Source: Eutreptiella sp. 'Long Island Sound 2002' (Eukaryota > Protista > Euglenida). Taken from it: a stretch of DNA of 64,000 nucleotides. The stretch is from the NCBI GenBank assembly GCA_964036045.1, contig OZ038379.1, forward strand, positions 7,378,001 to 7,442,000. The letters are read 5' to 3'. Each line of letters starts with the position of its first letter. Position 1 is the stretch's first letter. The notes beneath the pieces are model-generated. The model saw only the letters and a program-made list of their open reading frames with translations. It made no database searches and was not told the origin of the DNA. A program made the translations under genes and the position numbers. This document shows positions 24,307 through 38,596 of the stretch, in pieces.

Positions 24307-26712
24307 AGGATTGGGAGCATCCAAAAATAAACAGCATGGGATTTGTTTTGTACCAAAGTTGAAGGCATACAGACATATCTAAACATGTAGTAGAGAATTA
24401 TACAGACCTCAATGGTACCAGCCACATGGAACAAAGTTGTGTCCTATGAACCTGCAATGAAAGGAATGGGTATAAGGAGGCAAGCAGCTGCAGAATGATC
24501 ATTTTTGCAAACAATTTGTTTAAAAAAAACGGTAAAAAAACAACCAATTTTCACCAAAATAAACAAGTTACTAGTCACTAGTCAAATGGCCTTTGGATAG
24601 TGTTTAATTAGAGCTTGCATCGTGGGGTCCACAACGGACATGGGGCACCCATTGAACGGCCAAGACGAGCCATCCGAACCACATGAGGTCCATCAACTAG
24701 CGCTGTAAGGCAATGGACACGTACATAGTGGCAGAGAAATTGGAGCAGCCGGGTGGGAAGATTGATGCCGTGGGGTCCACAATAGACATGGGGCACCTAT
24801 TGAACGGCCACGACGGGATTGTACCCACGCGGGGTCCACTAGTTGCTTGCCCGGGTTCTCGCCCCTGTGCATGGGGCCGACAAGAGACCCGGGTGGGGCG
24901 CTGCAACACGATACGTAGCTAAGAGTACTCAGGGGGTTTTGTAACCCTTAACGTTAATGCCACCCAACACACATAATCATGGTGTTCCCATCCATGGCAT
25001 GACATGACTTTGGCACTAGTTGGCAGTCCTAATGGGCTATCCAAGGTACTAGCCCATCTCCTACATGCCATTTGTGACATGTAGCTATCGGTGGCCCCTT
25101 TTCCATAGCATGCATTGCAGCACAAGTTCACGATTGAGCGAACAACATGCATTGCTGACGTGGGAATGATGATGTGTGACATGGGAAGAAAAAAAATTTT
25201 TTGTAGGACCAACTTTTTTTTGTACCCCCCCCCCGCTCCCCTAGGGCTTCGAAAAAATATCCCACCCGGTAAAAAATCCCCCCCCCCCCCAGCTGTCCGC
25301 ACCACCTTTGTTTCCCATGTACTTGGTCCACACCACTTTATGGTGCACGCCTTTAATGCACAATTGGCATAATGTGGACTTAGCAAGCATTGCTTTTGAG
25401 TGCAAACAAAATAAAATTGTGGCGGTGTTGCAAAGCACCGCAAGCACAAAAAGAACAAACAAATGTGATACCAATGAGACATGCGTAGATAGCGGGTGTG
25501 ACTCAAGAAGGCAAACGGCCCTCCATCCAATTCAATCCTATTGAATTGAAAGGTAGAGTCTAGCAGCCTTGTAAGAGTTCCCCAACACCAGTACCATGCT
25601 GTGCCGGCATAGCCTTGTGCCACAAAGCCCCTACTGTGTTGGGGTGTTTATGGCAGGGAGGGATCACAAAGATCAAGAGTGGTAGCATAACTACTGCCAG
25701 CTTGGGGTCCCCAAGATGCAGAGGAATCAAACGTGGCTCCAAAACCTGTCCCATCTCAAGGTCCATAGATGGGGAAGAATCACAAGTGGTTGCATAACCC
25801 CTGCTGTACATAACCCTTGCCGTCTTGGGGTCCCTAGACTGGGGAGAAATCACAAGTGGCTACATATCTCTTGCTATCTAGGAGTCCCTAGAATGAGGAA
25901 AAATCAAAAGTGGTTGCAGAACTGCTGCTGTTTCTGAGTCCCTAAATTAGGCAGGAATCAAAGAGACATGACCCTTGCCGTCTCGAGGTCCCCAAAATGG
26001 GGGGAAATCAACAGTGGTGGCAGACCCCCAACTTTCTCCGGGTCCAAAGAGCCTTCATATCTGCTGCCGTCCTAGGATCCCCAAAGTGGGCTGGAATCAA
26101 AAGTGGCTACATAACCCCTGCTGTCTTGGAGTCCCCGAGATGGGGAGAAATGAAAAGTTGCTGCATAGATCAGCTGTTTCGTACTCAGTTCGGGGTGTGA
26201 CAGTCGTGGATATTACTGAGTGGCACGTACGGCGGAACCATTCCTCACAAAACTGAGTTTCTTGCAGGCACTGGTCGAAATTCAGTCTTGAGTGTACCGG
26301 AAAAAAACAAGTGAGGCGTCAAACAACAATCATGCCGGATGCTAGTAGGCTTCGTTCTGCTAGAACGTATCCAGAGCGTGAATTCGTTGTCAGCCAAGCG
26401 CACAGTGTGCAACTCTGCAAGGCATGTCTGCTGGGGCGGTGCCTGTTGACCAACACCAGTGCATCGCTCACCCCTCATATCATAGTGCCCCCTTGAGATC
26501 CCAGCGCGCAGCCCAGGGCATTTGTTAGTGAACGATTTCTGGAAGAAAAAAAAAACAACGCCGACCTCCAACCGCTATCGGGTACCTTCTTACTGCTATT
26601 GGATACCCCTGTCCAATTGTGTACCTAATGAGGCGGTGACTGGATCGCCTGATTTGATGTTGTTTCGATGAAAAAGCGTCCTGTACAGCCCCCTCTGCTT
26701 TGTTTGTCGCAG

Positions 26713-27065
26713 CTGTCTTCCTCCTGGGGGTACAGGCGTCACTTATGATTGGTACCCGTTTCTCTTGGAGGCCCTACAGGGCCGCCGCGAAGCTCATCAC
26801 GCGGGCTAGCTACACCACCGACAATGGCACCACAAAGTTCCCGACCACCGAGTCCAAGGCCAGTTATGGACTGGGGCTGAAGATTGGGGTCGATCTGGCC
26901 AACACCTCATTCAAGGGCGTGGACGAGACTGCTTTGTACGAGGGGATCTCCGATGGTTTGCACGGTCGTACAACACAGGTGGAAGTGGAGACGCTCCGGG
27001 CAGCGTTGACTAAGGTGCAGCAGGCCATGCGCGAGGCTGATGCTGAGAAGAAGCAGCCCGAAGAG
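26713..27065 (+). CDS. FKBP-type peptidyl-prolyl isomerase (MIP/FklB/FkpA-like), exon with presequence and FKBP_N dimerisation domain; true 5' end not resolved
   Basis: SKASYGLGLKIGVDLANTSFKGVDETALYEGISDGLHG is typical of FKBP_N. Phase-0 GT donor at 27066. There is no in-frame ATG before the hydrophobic segment; candidate acceptors end at 26712 or 26688. Confidence 0.85.
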
Positions 27066-29015
27066 GTGACAAATCCGGTGCACACGGCAAGGCTTTTTGT
27101 GTTGTTTTTGATGTTAACAAACGCCGACCTCTGCCGTCAGTTACCACCTTCGGTGAATCTTCAACTGCCGTCGGTTTTCCTCCAACCGGCGTTGTTTGCC
27201 TTTCAAGTGCTGTCCAATTGTATCCCCAAATAATAAGCTGGCTACTGAACAGCCCGAGTTTTTTTTTGTCTTAATTAAAAAACATCATGGCACACAGGAG
27301 GCCCCTTGGCCTTCAAGCAGCCCCCATCCCCATCCTCTTCCAACCACCTGACGTCTAACCCACAGGGGGGGTATCACGTGTGGGGCCGGATCCCCACCCC
27401 TCAAAGACCCCCCAACCTGCACCCGTGGGCAACAGCAGGTGCCAATGGGGCGGGGGAGGGGAGTGCGTCAGACATGCCACAGACGGCACGGGCGTGGCAC
27501 AGGCCTGTGGGGCAACAGAGCTGACGAAGGTGTGGCAGGTGGAGAATGGAAAAATGGGATTTTACTCCCCAACGTGTGTGTATTCACAATGCTCAGAGCA
27601 AAACGGCGAAGTCAAAAATGTCGTCAACAGAAAATTATTTTTTGGGGCCCCACCCCCAACCCCCCAACTCTCTCCGGAACCCGACAGTTACTGCTTGTAG
27701 GGAGGGAAGCCCGTAAAGAGGAGGCATTTCAGGGAGCTCACAGGTCTTGAGCTGTAGCTGGTTCGGTGGTTTTTGGTTGGTTGCAGGGTGTTTGGGCAGC
27801 ATTTTGCGCTTTCAACCGCAATTTGGCCCATTTGATCCTGTCCGTGCATTGTGCATGCTGGTGTCTTTTTGTGTGTGTGGCCCCCCCTTCCGTAGGTCCT
27901 GTACGTTGTGGTTCTGTGTTGAACCCCCCCCCCCCCTTTGCGGCCCCTAACAGAGCCAACCACCAAGGCCTTGTGCCAACCCCCCCCCCCCCCCCTTGCG
28001 AGACTCTGACAGTGCGGTTTCGACAGTGCGCCTTTCGCACACCAATTTGCACTGTCCCTCCTGCCACTCTTTTTTGAAGTGATGTGCCTTTGAGTGGTAG
28101 CAATCCAGTATCTCTTGGTAGGTGAGGGTGTTCAACATGGTAAGTCTACCAAAGGTTCCATCTACACCTTCGCTTAGCTCACCGTCATTAGGTTGTACCT
28201 CCTCTTGCAATACCCTGAACGCCCCCTCGCCATTGTAGGGGGTCATTTGCCCTTTTGTTTTTGGCAGTCATGGCTTCGTCTCATCTCGTAGCCACCCATG
28301 GGGGACATCTGACGCGGTGCAGCGCAAGCACCGCAAATATAAGGGCAACTGGGGGCAGCCCGGCAAGAGTGGTAAGAGTAAGCACAGTGGCCGGTGCAAA
28401 CCCCCTTCTGACCAGTGCTATTTCACCCAAACAACTCCAAGTGTTGCCTTTTTCAGATGCCCGCACCCCACCTCACTCCTGGCAGGGGTTCTCAAGTTGG
28501 TAGGGCAACAGGGCCCTGCAGACACCTGCACTGCATCATGACTCATGCGCCCTTGTTTCCAGGTTTGAATCTCAAGATTCGAAGGTCGCACTCCATCGGC
28601 GCCAGGAGTAAAGCCGCGGCCTCCGAACACTCCAAAAGACCCCCCTGGTCGAGAGTCCGCACCCGGGGGTCTGACACTGATGGTTAGACACATGCCCTGT
28701 CGTGCGCTCGTATGTCGGCGGGTGGTCCTCAGAGGGGACTCATGCCCCGAAGTCAGGCCTGCGCTTGAAGGGGGTGTTGTCCCCCCCATCCCCCCATTCG
28801 GTGATGATCGTCAGTTCCGCCCCAACCACTTCTGACTGCCCCCAAATGCCCTCCAATCGTTTTGCAACCGCCAGCACGGCTACTGAAACTGCCTTCCAAC
28901 CGCCAGTAACCGCACCGGCAGGCCCCTTTTTAAACTCCCCTTCAGCCTCCCTCCCCCTCAACCGCAGCCCCTCCAGAAGTGCCCACCCGCTCCACCTGCC
29001 CAACGCCTCCGGCAG

Positions 29016-29384
29016 GACTTCCTGAGGATCAATGGTGCTCGGGAAGGGGTGGCCACCACCGCCTCCGGGCTGCAGTTCGAGGTCCTGCAGACCGGCACCG
29101 GGGCGACCCCTGGGGCCACGAGCACCATCAAGGCCCACTACAAGGGCACCCTCATCGACGGCACCGAGTTCGACAGCTCCTACAAACGGGGCGAGCCCAT
29201 GACGTTTCAGGTGGACCGGGTGATCAAGGGCTGGACGGAGGCCCTGTGTCTGATGCAGGTTGGCGCCACGTGGCGGCTGTACATCCCCTCGGACTTGGCG
29301 TACGGGGAGCGCGGTGCAGGGGACGTGATCCTGCCTTTCAGCACACTGATCTTTGACGTAGAGCTGCTGGAGATTGTGGAGTAA
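29016..29384 (+). CDS. FKBP-type PPIase, final exon (FKBP_C catalytic domain)
   Basis: The acceptor ...CTCCGGCAG ends at 29015 in phase 0. The exon reads [24 protein letters not shown]...[16 protein letters not shown]...VIKGWTEAL...YIPSDLAYG...TLIFDVELL and ends in TAA. The intervening intron is 27066-29015 (1950 nt). Confidence 0.95.
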   Translation, partial: DFLRINGAREGVATTASGLQFEVLQTGTGATPGATSTIKAHYKGTLIDGTEFDSSYKRGEPMTFQVDRVIKGWTEALCLMQVGATWRLYIPSDLAYGERGAGDVILPFSTLIFDVELLEIVE

Positions 29385-32300
29385 GCATTGCGGGGGGGCA
29401 CTGAGGCTTCCCTGGCAAATCTGCCGTGTCCAGCAACTCCAGGGCGTGGGGATCCCTCCTCCGGGGCCACAGATTGGATGTGGGCAGATCATCCTGAGTC
29501 TGAGATCCGATGCGGGTGGGTGATACTGAGACTCGTATCGGACGTGGGTGGATCCTACTCAATTTGAGTCAGATGCGGGCCGGGCCCCCACCAGACTGTC
29601 GGACAGCTTGCTCTGAACGGCTTAATTGCAGTGGCAACAGACCCTTTAGACCCCAATGCTCCAACGATCCCGATGGAAGGTGTGCACAACAAAGCGTCTC
29701 AAGAGACTTATATCTGACGCGCGTAACACTCACGCGGCGTTATGCCACAAGCGCATGTGTTCTGCATCAGGACAGTGGCTTTCCGCTTCTGTCGCCCAAA
29801 CTCCTGAATACCTTCTGGGGCTGCGCCACATCTTCAACTGGGGTGCTCTCCCGGCGGCTCTGCGGGCCCTTCAGCAGCATTTGTGTTGCTTCAGCATAGG
29901 GCCCACTATTCACTCGCTCTGGGCCTGCTGGGGCCTTCATGGCACTACAGGGGTCATGTCCACGGTGCACATCACTATGAGCTCTCGATAGCAGCAGATT
30001 TTACTGAGTGGCCCGTGGCACTAATGCCTACCAGAACTCAGTCCCCCTGCCGGACACTAGACCCCCCCCCCCCACACACACACATAGTGCAGTGCAGTGC
30101 GCGGATATCAGTGGTGCTGGTGGAGGATCCACACGCACACACAGCGACGAAGGGGGGAAGGTCTCCAGCCCCAGGCTGCATTTGGAAACAAGAGGCCGAA
30201 GGAAACAAGAGGCAATTGTGAGCAGTGGCACAGACATTCCTGAGGCCATCCCCAGCGCTGAGGTGCACGCACGTTGCGCAACTCTGTGTCTCCATGGCAT
30301 CCTCATGCTCGACCAGCAACAACCTCCAACGTATGCTTCTCCATTTCCTGCATGCTTGGTCACACTTGGGCCGACATCCCACGAAGAACTTTGCTCCACT
30401 CAGTCTGGAGTGGGAAGATGTCTATGGGTTGTCCCATGGTTGATGACACTTGGGCCCATTTTACTACCATGGCGTGTGTCCGCGTCTTTGTTGACAAGTA
30501 TGATAGTTCACTCGTTTCTGAGGCCACAGAAATCCTTCCAACAGATTGCAGGTCCTGCCTGACATGTCACATGGCGCCACAGAGTCCAACGCGAGAGTAT
30601 CATTGGTGTGTCAGAAAAGTTCACTGACCAGCTGATGCGCCCACCTAAGCTGATCTTGGCACAACAAGGAGCGGGACACGGGGGAAAGGGGAACTGTCAG
30701 TTGGTGTAGGATTTATGGCCTGTGCTGCTGGAACGGATTATAATTGTCGCTTGGCAAGGGTGATTGTACCATTCTATCAGGCCTTGGAATCATCTGCTAG
30801 GGTGGACTTGGTGCTAGAGGAGTGCCCTGCAGGGGAATGCATACAGTTTGGGAAAGGGATGGGGTAGAGGCTTGGGACAAGCTTGTGGACAGGATTTGGG
30901 GGTTTCCTGACAGGGTCCAGGCCACGGTTCGGGATTACAGCCAGGGGGTGGGGCCAGTGAAGGGGTTGGTATAGGGATTGGCAAAGGTTTGGGCAAGGGA
31001 TTGGTCTGGGGCTTTGGACGGGGTTGCTGAGAGGGCTGTGTGCATGTGTTTGCAGAAGGGTTTCCAATGGGATTCCGGATTGGGTTTGGGACAGGGACTC
31101 AGCCTAGTTTGGCACCAGGATTACTGACATGGTTTGGGATGTGGTTTGCACCGGTGTTGGGTATGGGGTTAGGGCAGGGTTTCATAGTCTGGGACAGCAC
31201 CTTGCTTACCCTTCTACAGTTGCGTGTCAAGTCTGCTTTGTGGAAAGTTTGAAGCTTTTGGTAGTAGGGAGCAAATAAATGGCTTCTCAATGGGAGCCCC
31301 CGCATGGATAGCATGGAGGCAGAGAGCAAAGGGAACATGAATCAGCAAAACTGGTTGTTTTTTGTAAAGATAAGATAAGTAGTTCCGTAAAATAAGAGAC
31401 ATGATCTCAGTATACATGTGTTGCAAATTCGCATATCCAATTATGCACAATGTAGTTGAGTAAAATTTGCATTTGGCAAGAGATTTCCAAGAAGTACAAT
31501 CCTTATTTTTTTTTTTGCATTCCAAAATGCATGTTTGTGCAATATGGACAATTGTATGGAGCGATATCATGGAGCCAAATCCTGTTTTGATGAGTGGAAG
31601 GACAATTTGTACAAAAACATGCAGCCTATAAATGTCATGGTGTTAACACACAAGCTGCCGCCACCAAATGTTATCACAAAGGATCATACTTAGGTGACAA
31701 AGTTTTTGGCAGACATAAGTTAACTTACTACGAAACAAAAACTCGTTGGAGGTCTACACGCAATGGCCAAAAGAATTTCATGTGTGAGTCTGTGCTCTCC
31801 ATTGGAGCATGGTAAGGCTTGATTCATGTTTAGAGAACCTTCTGCATGTGGTACAAAAAGGTAGGTTACATGCTACACAAAGGGAAAAGTGCGGAGATAT
31901 GTCCAATCTTTGTATGTAAAGATGTGTTGAACAGACATCATGTGTTGGTGAATGCTGCAATCGTAGCTTATGTTCTAAACAGAAGCACTTCTGAAAACAG
32001 TACAAGTGTTAAACCTGCGCTGCATTGGACGGTTTCCGGCGATGGTCCAAATTGGTGTCTTTGATAAGGGGCAATTGAATGTGTTCTACAAAACATCTCT
32101 CTATTTTTTGCATTCCGAAGGACAAGTTTAGCGCAAAGAGATGTGTATCACCAACCCAACCACCAGCGCAGCTCGCACATTGTTTTGACCAATACGGCCG
32201 AGTACCCAGCAACATGCAACCCTTTTTGACCGCCGGGCATTATGCCAACCTTGCAGTATAGGATGTTGTTGCCAAACTAGTTGTCAACCCGCTCATCCTT

Positions 32301-35300
32301 GGGTCACGGCGTGAGATTTTCGGCATTTCGTAGAAAGGCTGCTTTTTGGAGCACACCATGACCCCTATTGGCCGAGTAATAACTTGTGAGTTGCAAGCTA
32401 GGGTAAGATCTCAGTAAGAAAAAGTGTATTTCAATGCCTTTGGGGATAGCTTTAGTTGTATTAAAGATGCCTTGAGGCTGTTGATGTGAGAGATATATGG
32501 CAAATGTGGAGCAATGTTGCTCATGCCAATGGTGAGTGGAGGGCATGCATAGAAATGGATGCATATATGGGAATGGAATGGCAATACATACATGACATGA
32601 CAATATCATACAAGCATGCACATGATATGATACATGGTAGATGGACAGGCCCTAGTGGAGCACATGTGCACTCCTATAGGTGGCAACTATTGCCAGGCAT
32701 TCATGGGTAATTCCTACCCAAGTCAACCGACACATCAAGATGTATAACAAGATGAAATCATGGTGCATGTGGTATGAGGTCGATTCATTTGTTGTTATGT
32801 CATTTTTTCCATATTATTATAACTATGCAGCCCTTTGTTGATGATTCTGGACCTATTTGAATTTCGAGATCGTGTTCTGGCCTTGCTCGTCGCCGCCGCC
32901 GCTCCTGCGCTTCATCTTTTTCTTGCTTGTTTTTGGAGTTTTAACAGAGGCATATCACATTTTTATCTTAGCATTGGCCCCACCAAAATGAGGATAATGC
33001 ATTTTCACCTATAAAACCAAGCACTAATCAATGGATGTTGTGAGGACCAAATACTGGACCCCTAACCCTCCAACTATTTTGATTTTATCATAGGACCCTG
33101 AGATTACTGAGGCACTGCTCTGGCTCAGAGCATATAAATTTTTATCTATTTTTTCATGAATGCCTACTTATCCTAGTGGTGTGCATCCTAGAGGGCTGTG
33201 GTACCTCTTTTGGATAGGTCCTAGGTTCAATTCCCAGCCAGCCTAGCTAAGTAGGAAGATCGCAAGTGACATGGCAGTGACCTCAGTGCCACAAGCTATG
33301 CCACCTCAGCACCTAACGGACCAAAAACAAAGGCTACACTGACCCTGCCTCAGAGAGGATACCCATGAGGGCAGTTTTCTATGTTGATTTGTTTGTTTTC
33401 TACCTATCTTTTCTAATAGGCAGTCACAGTTTGATCCATTGTTGTGAATACTTTGTACATGTATTTCCCTTTGACTGCAGCCCTTCATGTCTGGAGTATA
33501 AGATCCTGAATTGTGCCGTACTCGGACCGTGGATTGGGTCTTTTCCCTGGTTTCCAAAGTACGCAAAAACAAGAGGAGCAGGCAAGCAGCAAGATACAAG
33601 CAGAAGCACATCAACACAAAAACAATCATTGAAAGCATAACAATTTCTGTCCCATGGATGCATCATGCTACCCTCTTTGTCTATGGCTTTGACCATTTTG
33701 GGTCTTTGTGAAACTTTGGAAAAGGCGCCTTTCTGATTCTCTATTGTCACGTAGCTTGATACGGATTTAAGATCTCTTTCAATATATGCGCCAAAGGCAA
33801 AGAAGTTAGGTTTTCAGAACTGCTCCGGGCCTCACAGGCCATACGCTAGATTTGGGACAAATGAACAGCCGAGCCACTTGCACTACTTAGCGTATTCAGA
33901 CAGCATAGTTCAAAATGCTATCGTCATAAGATTCCAAACTAAGCTTACAAAGTCATAGAGGTAAGATTATGTATGTCATCACAAATGCCGAATATTGGAC
34001 CGGCAAGAATGATTGCACGGTTCGATCAGCCTCAACGGGGCTCATCTGCACTCTTCCTGCCTTTTCGATGAAAAACATCGGTCCGGCATTCGCACCCCCT
34101 TCATCCTTCAACTCATCCCCCCGCCCTCCGGACATTGTTGCAACTCAAGTTCATGACTAATACGGAAAAAATTATTGAAATAATGCGGGTAGTTAGATTG
34201 TAGCTGTATCCGTCCAGGCTATTGATCCTTAATTTTTTTTGGTGTGCATAAGTGCTTTTCGGTGATACATTGTATACATTTTTGTGGGCCGTTTCTTTGA
34301 TTTGTGATGCATGGGCGTAACTTTTTGGGGTGCACAACACGAAAGCAACCTTAGTAGGGGTGTAAAAGTGGTCATGGCGAGCTAAACTTCATCAAGGACA
34401 ACAACCATATGTATGGCAACTCAATGGATTAGACCCTGCAACATAGCAACAATCTTTTGAATGGTGTGGGTTGTCATGCCATCGGCTTCCTATTTTTATT
34501 GAGCGCAGAAAATAAAATGGTCCAAAAATTTTAGGTACATGGTGGCGGCAGAAGGGGTGGGAGGGATGACTTTGGTGGGGTATGTGCAAGATGAACAAGA
34601 GATCATGTTTCGAGAAAGAAAAGGAGAAAACCCCCAAAGTTCCTATAAAATTAGTTTGAGGCGGAAACTTGCCTGTCACAAGTAGAGCTTAGGTTGCTTC
34701 TATTTTGAAGGGTTGGGAGTTTGCGTCTTGTGTCCTTTGGTGGCAGGGGTTGGTGGGTAGATGCGGTGGGTGCCTTGGCAAGGGGCTTTAGGGCTTGGTG
34801 TTTCAATGTTTTTTTTTCTTTTATACTATGGACCTTGCTGAGTAGAGGTGTTGGTTGTGAGGATGTGTTAATGTTGTTTCTGTTGGAAAAGAGAAATTGG
34901 TGCGGGAAAGGAAGTGCTATAGATGGATGGGGATATTTCTAATAGTTGCTAACAAAGTCTCGTTAAAGTGTGTAGATGTGTGCAGACTTTAGTGTGCATT
35001 TGTGTTGCAAATAAGGAATATTTGGAGATAATACGGGAGTAGGTTGCCGAACGAGAACATTTGGAATGAGAATTCGGTCGCAGTTGCTTCTGTCACCTAG
35101 TGATGCAACGGTCCCCTATCCTGTGTCAGTTTTGATGAAGAAAAAAAGTCCAAACATGCAATCGCATTTGTTTGAGGTGTTCGGCATTGTAACATTGCAA
35201 AACATTGGTTATTGGGTCCAGGGAACGGTGTAGAAAGCATTTGGGGTGGTGGACAATGTTGCGAACACTGGCCCGGTACCTTGCACAACAATGGACGGTT

Positions 35301-38300
35301 TGACCATTGAAAACGGAAATGAGAGAACCAAGATATGCATGAACACAAATCACTGCAAAAGCAGAGATGTAAATTGTCGTGTGCGTAGGAAAAGAGTTAG
35401 CTCCTTGACAGTTGTTGAAATGGTTTTCCAAGAAAAATGTGTGGATATGCTTGAATTGTTTCTGTGTTGCTTTGTACCTCTGCAACTGCCTTTTGCCCGG
35501 TAAAGCCCGCTCCTCCCTTCAACTCTTGACCTCCCGTCCTAACAAACCAAAAGCATCCCCCTCAACTTCTTTTTGGTCAACATCTTTTTGGAATATGCCC
35601 TAAATTCCCCTACCATATCGCTGTGGGCTATGCCATTAGGTGGAAAACGTGTACATGCATTTGTTGTATCACGATAATGTACTGTTTGCCGTTTGTGAAA
35701 ACCAATATCCAGCTTGACAAAAAAAACCCACTGTGGGTATCTTGGGCCATGATGGTTTTTTACCATTTCTTGCATCAAAATTTCTGATTGATGTCCTCGG
35801 CTGTCCTTTGGTGGTGTGTCAAATACGCTGCCCTGGGTGCTTTGGTGTCTTTCTTAAATATTAACAAAATATTAAACATTAACAAAGAATGATTCTACAT
35901 GCACCATTTTCTGTCCATCAAACAAATCTAAAAGCATTCCATCTGCAAAAAAACCCAAAAAAAAACACATGGTAGCCAATTTTTCTAATGTGCATGTGGT
36001 TGTAGATGCATGTGCTGATTTGATTCATGCAATCACTGTTTTGTGAGAAATAAAAGGTTACACATGCTCTATAGGGTTGTGCTGTGCTAGACTGATCCAA
36101 CACTGCTTCATCAAATGACAAAAGTGATGTGTTTTAAATGTGTTGGCCGCACACAGGTCAAAGAGCACTCCACACATGCACGTCCTGGTATGCATATGCA
36201 GCAATGTTCGGCAGCTTTCACAGCTGTACTCAATGCACAGCTCTCCAATGTAGCTCCATGTTCTTGAGATGGCCGTGTTTGTCAGCCACAAACTCTGGCT
36301 TGCCTGCTATGTACATAGGATACCTCTATCTTGCCATCAGGTCCCTGCACATAGGCAAATGTGTTGGCGAGGCGTGTGCTGTCTCCCCTGCATACTGACC
36401 TGTCGCCACTCCCTGTCTATTTACCGCTGACAATTGGCAGCTCTGCCAGGCGCTGAGCCATCCATCATGGATCGAAAATGTTTCAAGCCAAAAAGACAAA
36501 CTCCATATCCAGTGGCGCTCGGGAACACCATTAACAACCAGCATCAGCCAATATCAATAAAATCAATGCATCACAGGCAAATACAATTTGCTAGCATAAT
36601 GGGTACTCAGGGAAATGTGATATTGATACACCGTATGTGGAAAAAAAACTGCACTGTCCAGTAAGTGGGTCGAGAAATCAGAGCTTTCAAAACAGTGGTT
36701 GGCCAACACCACAGACGATGCATGCAGACTGTGAGGCCACGTAGACTGCCCGTATTCCCACACAACAGTTGGGTCTCATGGCATTCTGTAAAATTATTAC
36801 ATCACATGTAGAATAAGGCTGCACTGTCCAGCAAATGGGTTAAGAAATTAGACCCCTCTGCAGAACTTTCAACCCAGTGGTTGACTACAATACCACAGAC
36901 AATGCATGCATACTGCGGAGCCATCATGTGGAGCGCTCATCGATCCCCTCATACATGACGGGACGGAGAGCACTATGGTGCTGCACCACAGGCTTTGTGC
37001 TGTTCCATGCAGAAGCGGGAGACAGCCAATAAGGAGATACTGATCATCAAACAGATCAGATGTGGGCCGACCTCACACGACCACAGATCAATGATGCAGA
37101 TGGACCCAAAACTGTGGGTCATTGTGGAGCTGTTGGCACATGAAATGTTTTGCCAGAACACCAGAATCAGGATGAATGTACTGGTCAGCCCCAAAGCGAA
37201 GTCTACATGCCTACACCCGAAATTGGCAGCACCGTCTGGGCAGGGGGGGGGGAGGGGGGCTGAAAGGCCTGGGACTTCTGACTTGATTGGTGCTGAAAAT
37301 TGCGGCATTGATATGACTTTGCGTGTGTCAGGCAGTTGGGCCAGGAGAATGCTTCACACGAGCAAGCGCTGACAAGCCCCCTACAAAGTGGCACCATTGT
37401 TAGGATTGGGTCAGTGTCCAGTAGGGTTAGGGTAAGGGTCACCGAGCTGGTGGAACCAGTCTTGGTTTTATAACCCTTTTTAGTGTCTAGGGTGGACCTA
37501 CCAGGTTTAGCAAGCAAGCAGCAAGCAAGCAGCAAGCAAGCAGCAAGCAGCAAGCAACAAGCAAGCAGCACGCGCGAAATGGGAAAAAATCAGAACTCCG
37601 TCGTGGTGCTTTGGATTTGAGTGAAATTTTGGTGCATGATACCTATGGGTGTGAAGTACAATCACACAAAGTTTGAGCAAGAAACTCAACGGTGGTGGCC
37701 GGGAACGGGATCCGCAAGTGGCGGACCTCAGTTTCAAAAACTGCACTTTAGGGCCAAAAATAGTCATTTTTGGGCCAAAAAAGCCCTGGAACACATTCAA
37801 AACGGCCAAACGAAGGGAAACGGTGGGTGCACTCCACGTGAGTCTTGACTTCCCCGTGTCAACGAGCTCTTTGCGGCCCTCTAGCTCCATGATATGTCTG
37901 AGAAACGGCCCAAAAAGGCCCCCAGAAGCTCCAAATGCCGACAGCCACAAACCAAGAATAGGCCATATCTTTGGCTACATGGCTCAAAATGCAATTCCGA
38001 GGGCACCTACTCCACCCGCAACCCCCCGCTTTTTGTGGTTTCCGCCCCTCAGAATTGCCCAAACGGACGCCTAGGCCCCCATACCTAGGCCCACTAGGCT
38101 GCAACAAGCTGCAAGCTCAAGCCCAAACACATGGGTGCCCAAATGGGTCAACAGGGTCCAATAGGGGCAAAAAGATGACTTTTCTCAAAAATGATCCTAC
38201 ACCATGTGCGACGCTAAAACAAGTGTTTTTGGACCGTTTTGAGCCTGTGGTGGCCCATTTTGGTCCTCCGAAAATCCCAAAATGCCTTGAAAATGGGCTG

Positions 38301-38596
38301 TTTTGGGACCAAAAATGGGTCAAAAATGGGTCAAAAACGCAGTTTTCCAAACCTCATCCTAGACCATTTGGGGTGCACCAACGGGTGAAATGAGCCCATT
38401 TTGAGCCCATTTTGGGGCATTTTGGCCCCTCAGAAGTCCAAAAGGCCTTGAAAGTGGGCCTCGTGGTGATGGGGTTCACTTGCAAGCTGATTTCACTTTT
38501 CAAGAGCCATCAATGTGTGAATCATTCTTGATGTCCCTCACCAGTCATAGCTAATGTTCCCCCCCCCACCAGCTCGGTCCCAATATTCAATCTTGA

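Larger units (their letters stand above)
21277..24617 (+). mobile_element. hAT-superfamily DNA transposon, 3341 bp, with both termini intact
   Basis: Left TIR CAGGCTCTAATTAA (21277-21290) versus right TIR TTAATTAGAGCTTG (24604-24617), one mismatch. A perfect 8-bp TSD CATCGTGG lies at 21269-21276 and 24618-24625. An internal hAT transposase is present. Confidence 0.95.

Noticed and set aside
29880-37300. Decayed KDZ/Polinton/viral region suggested by many short AT-rich ORFs
   Set aside because: No motif could be matched with confidence, so the region was left unannotated.
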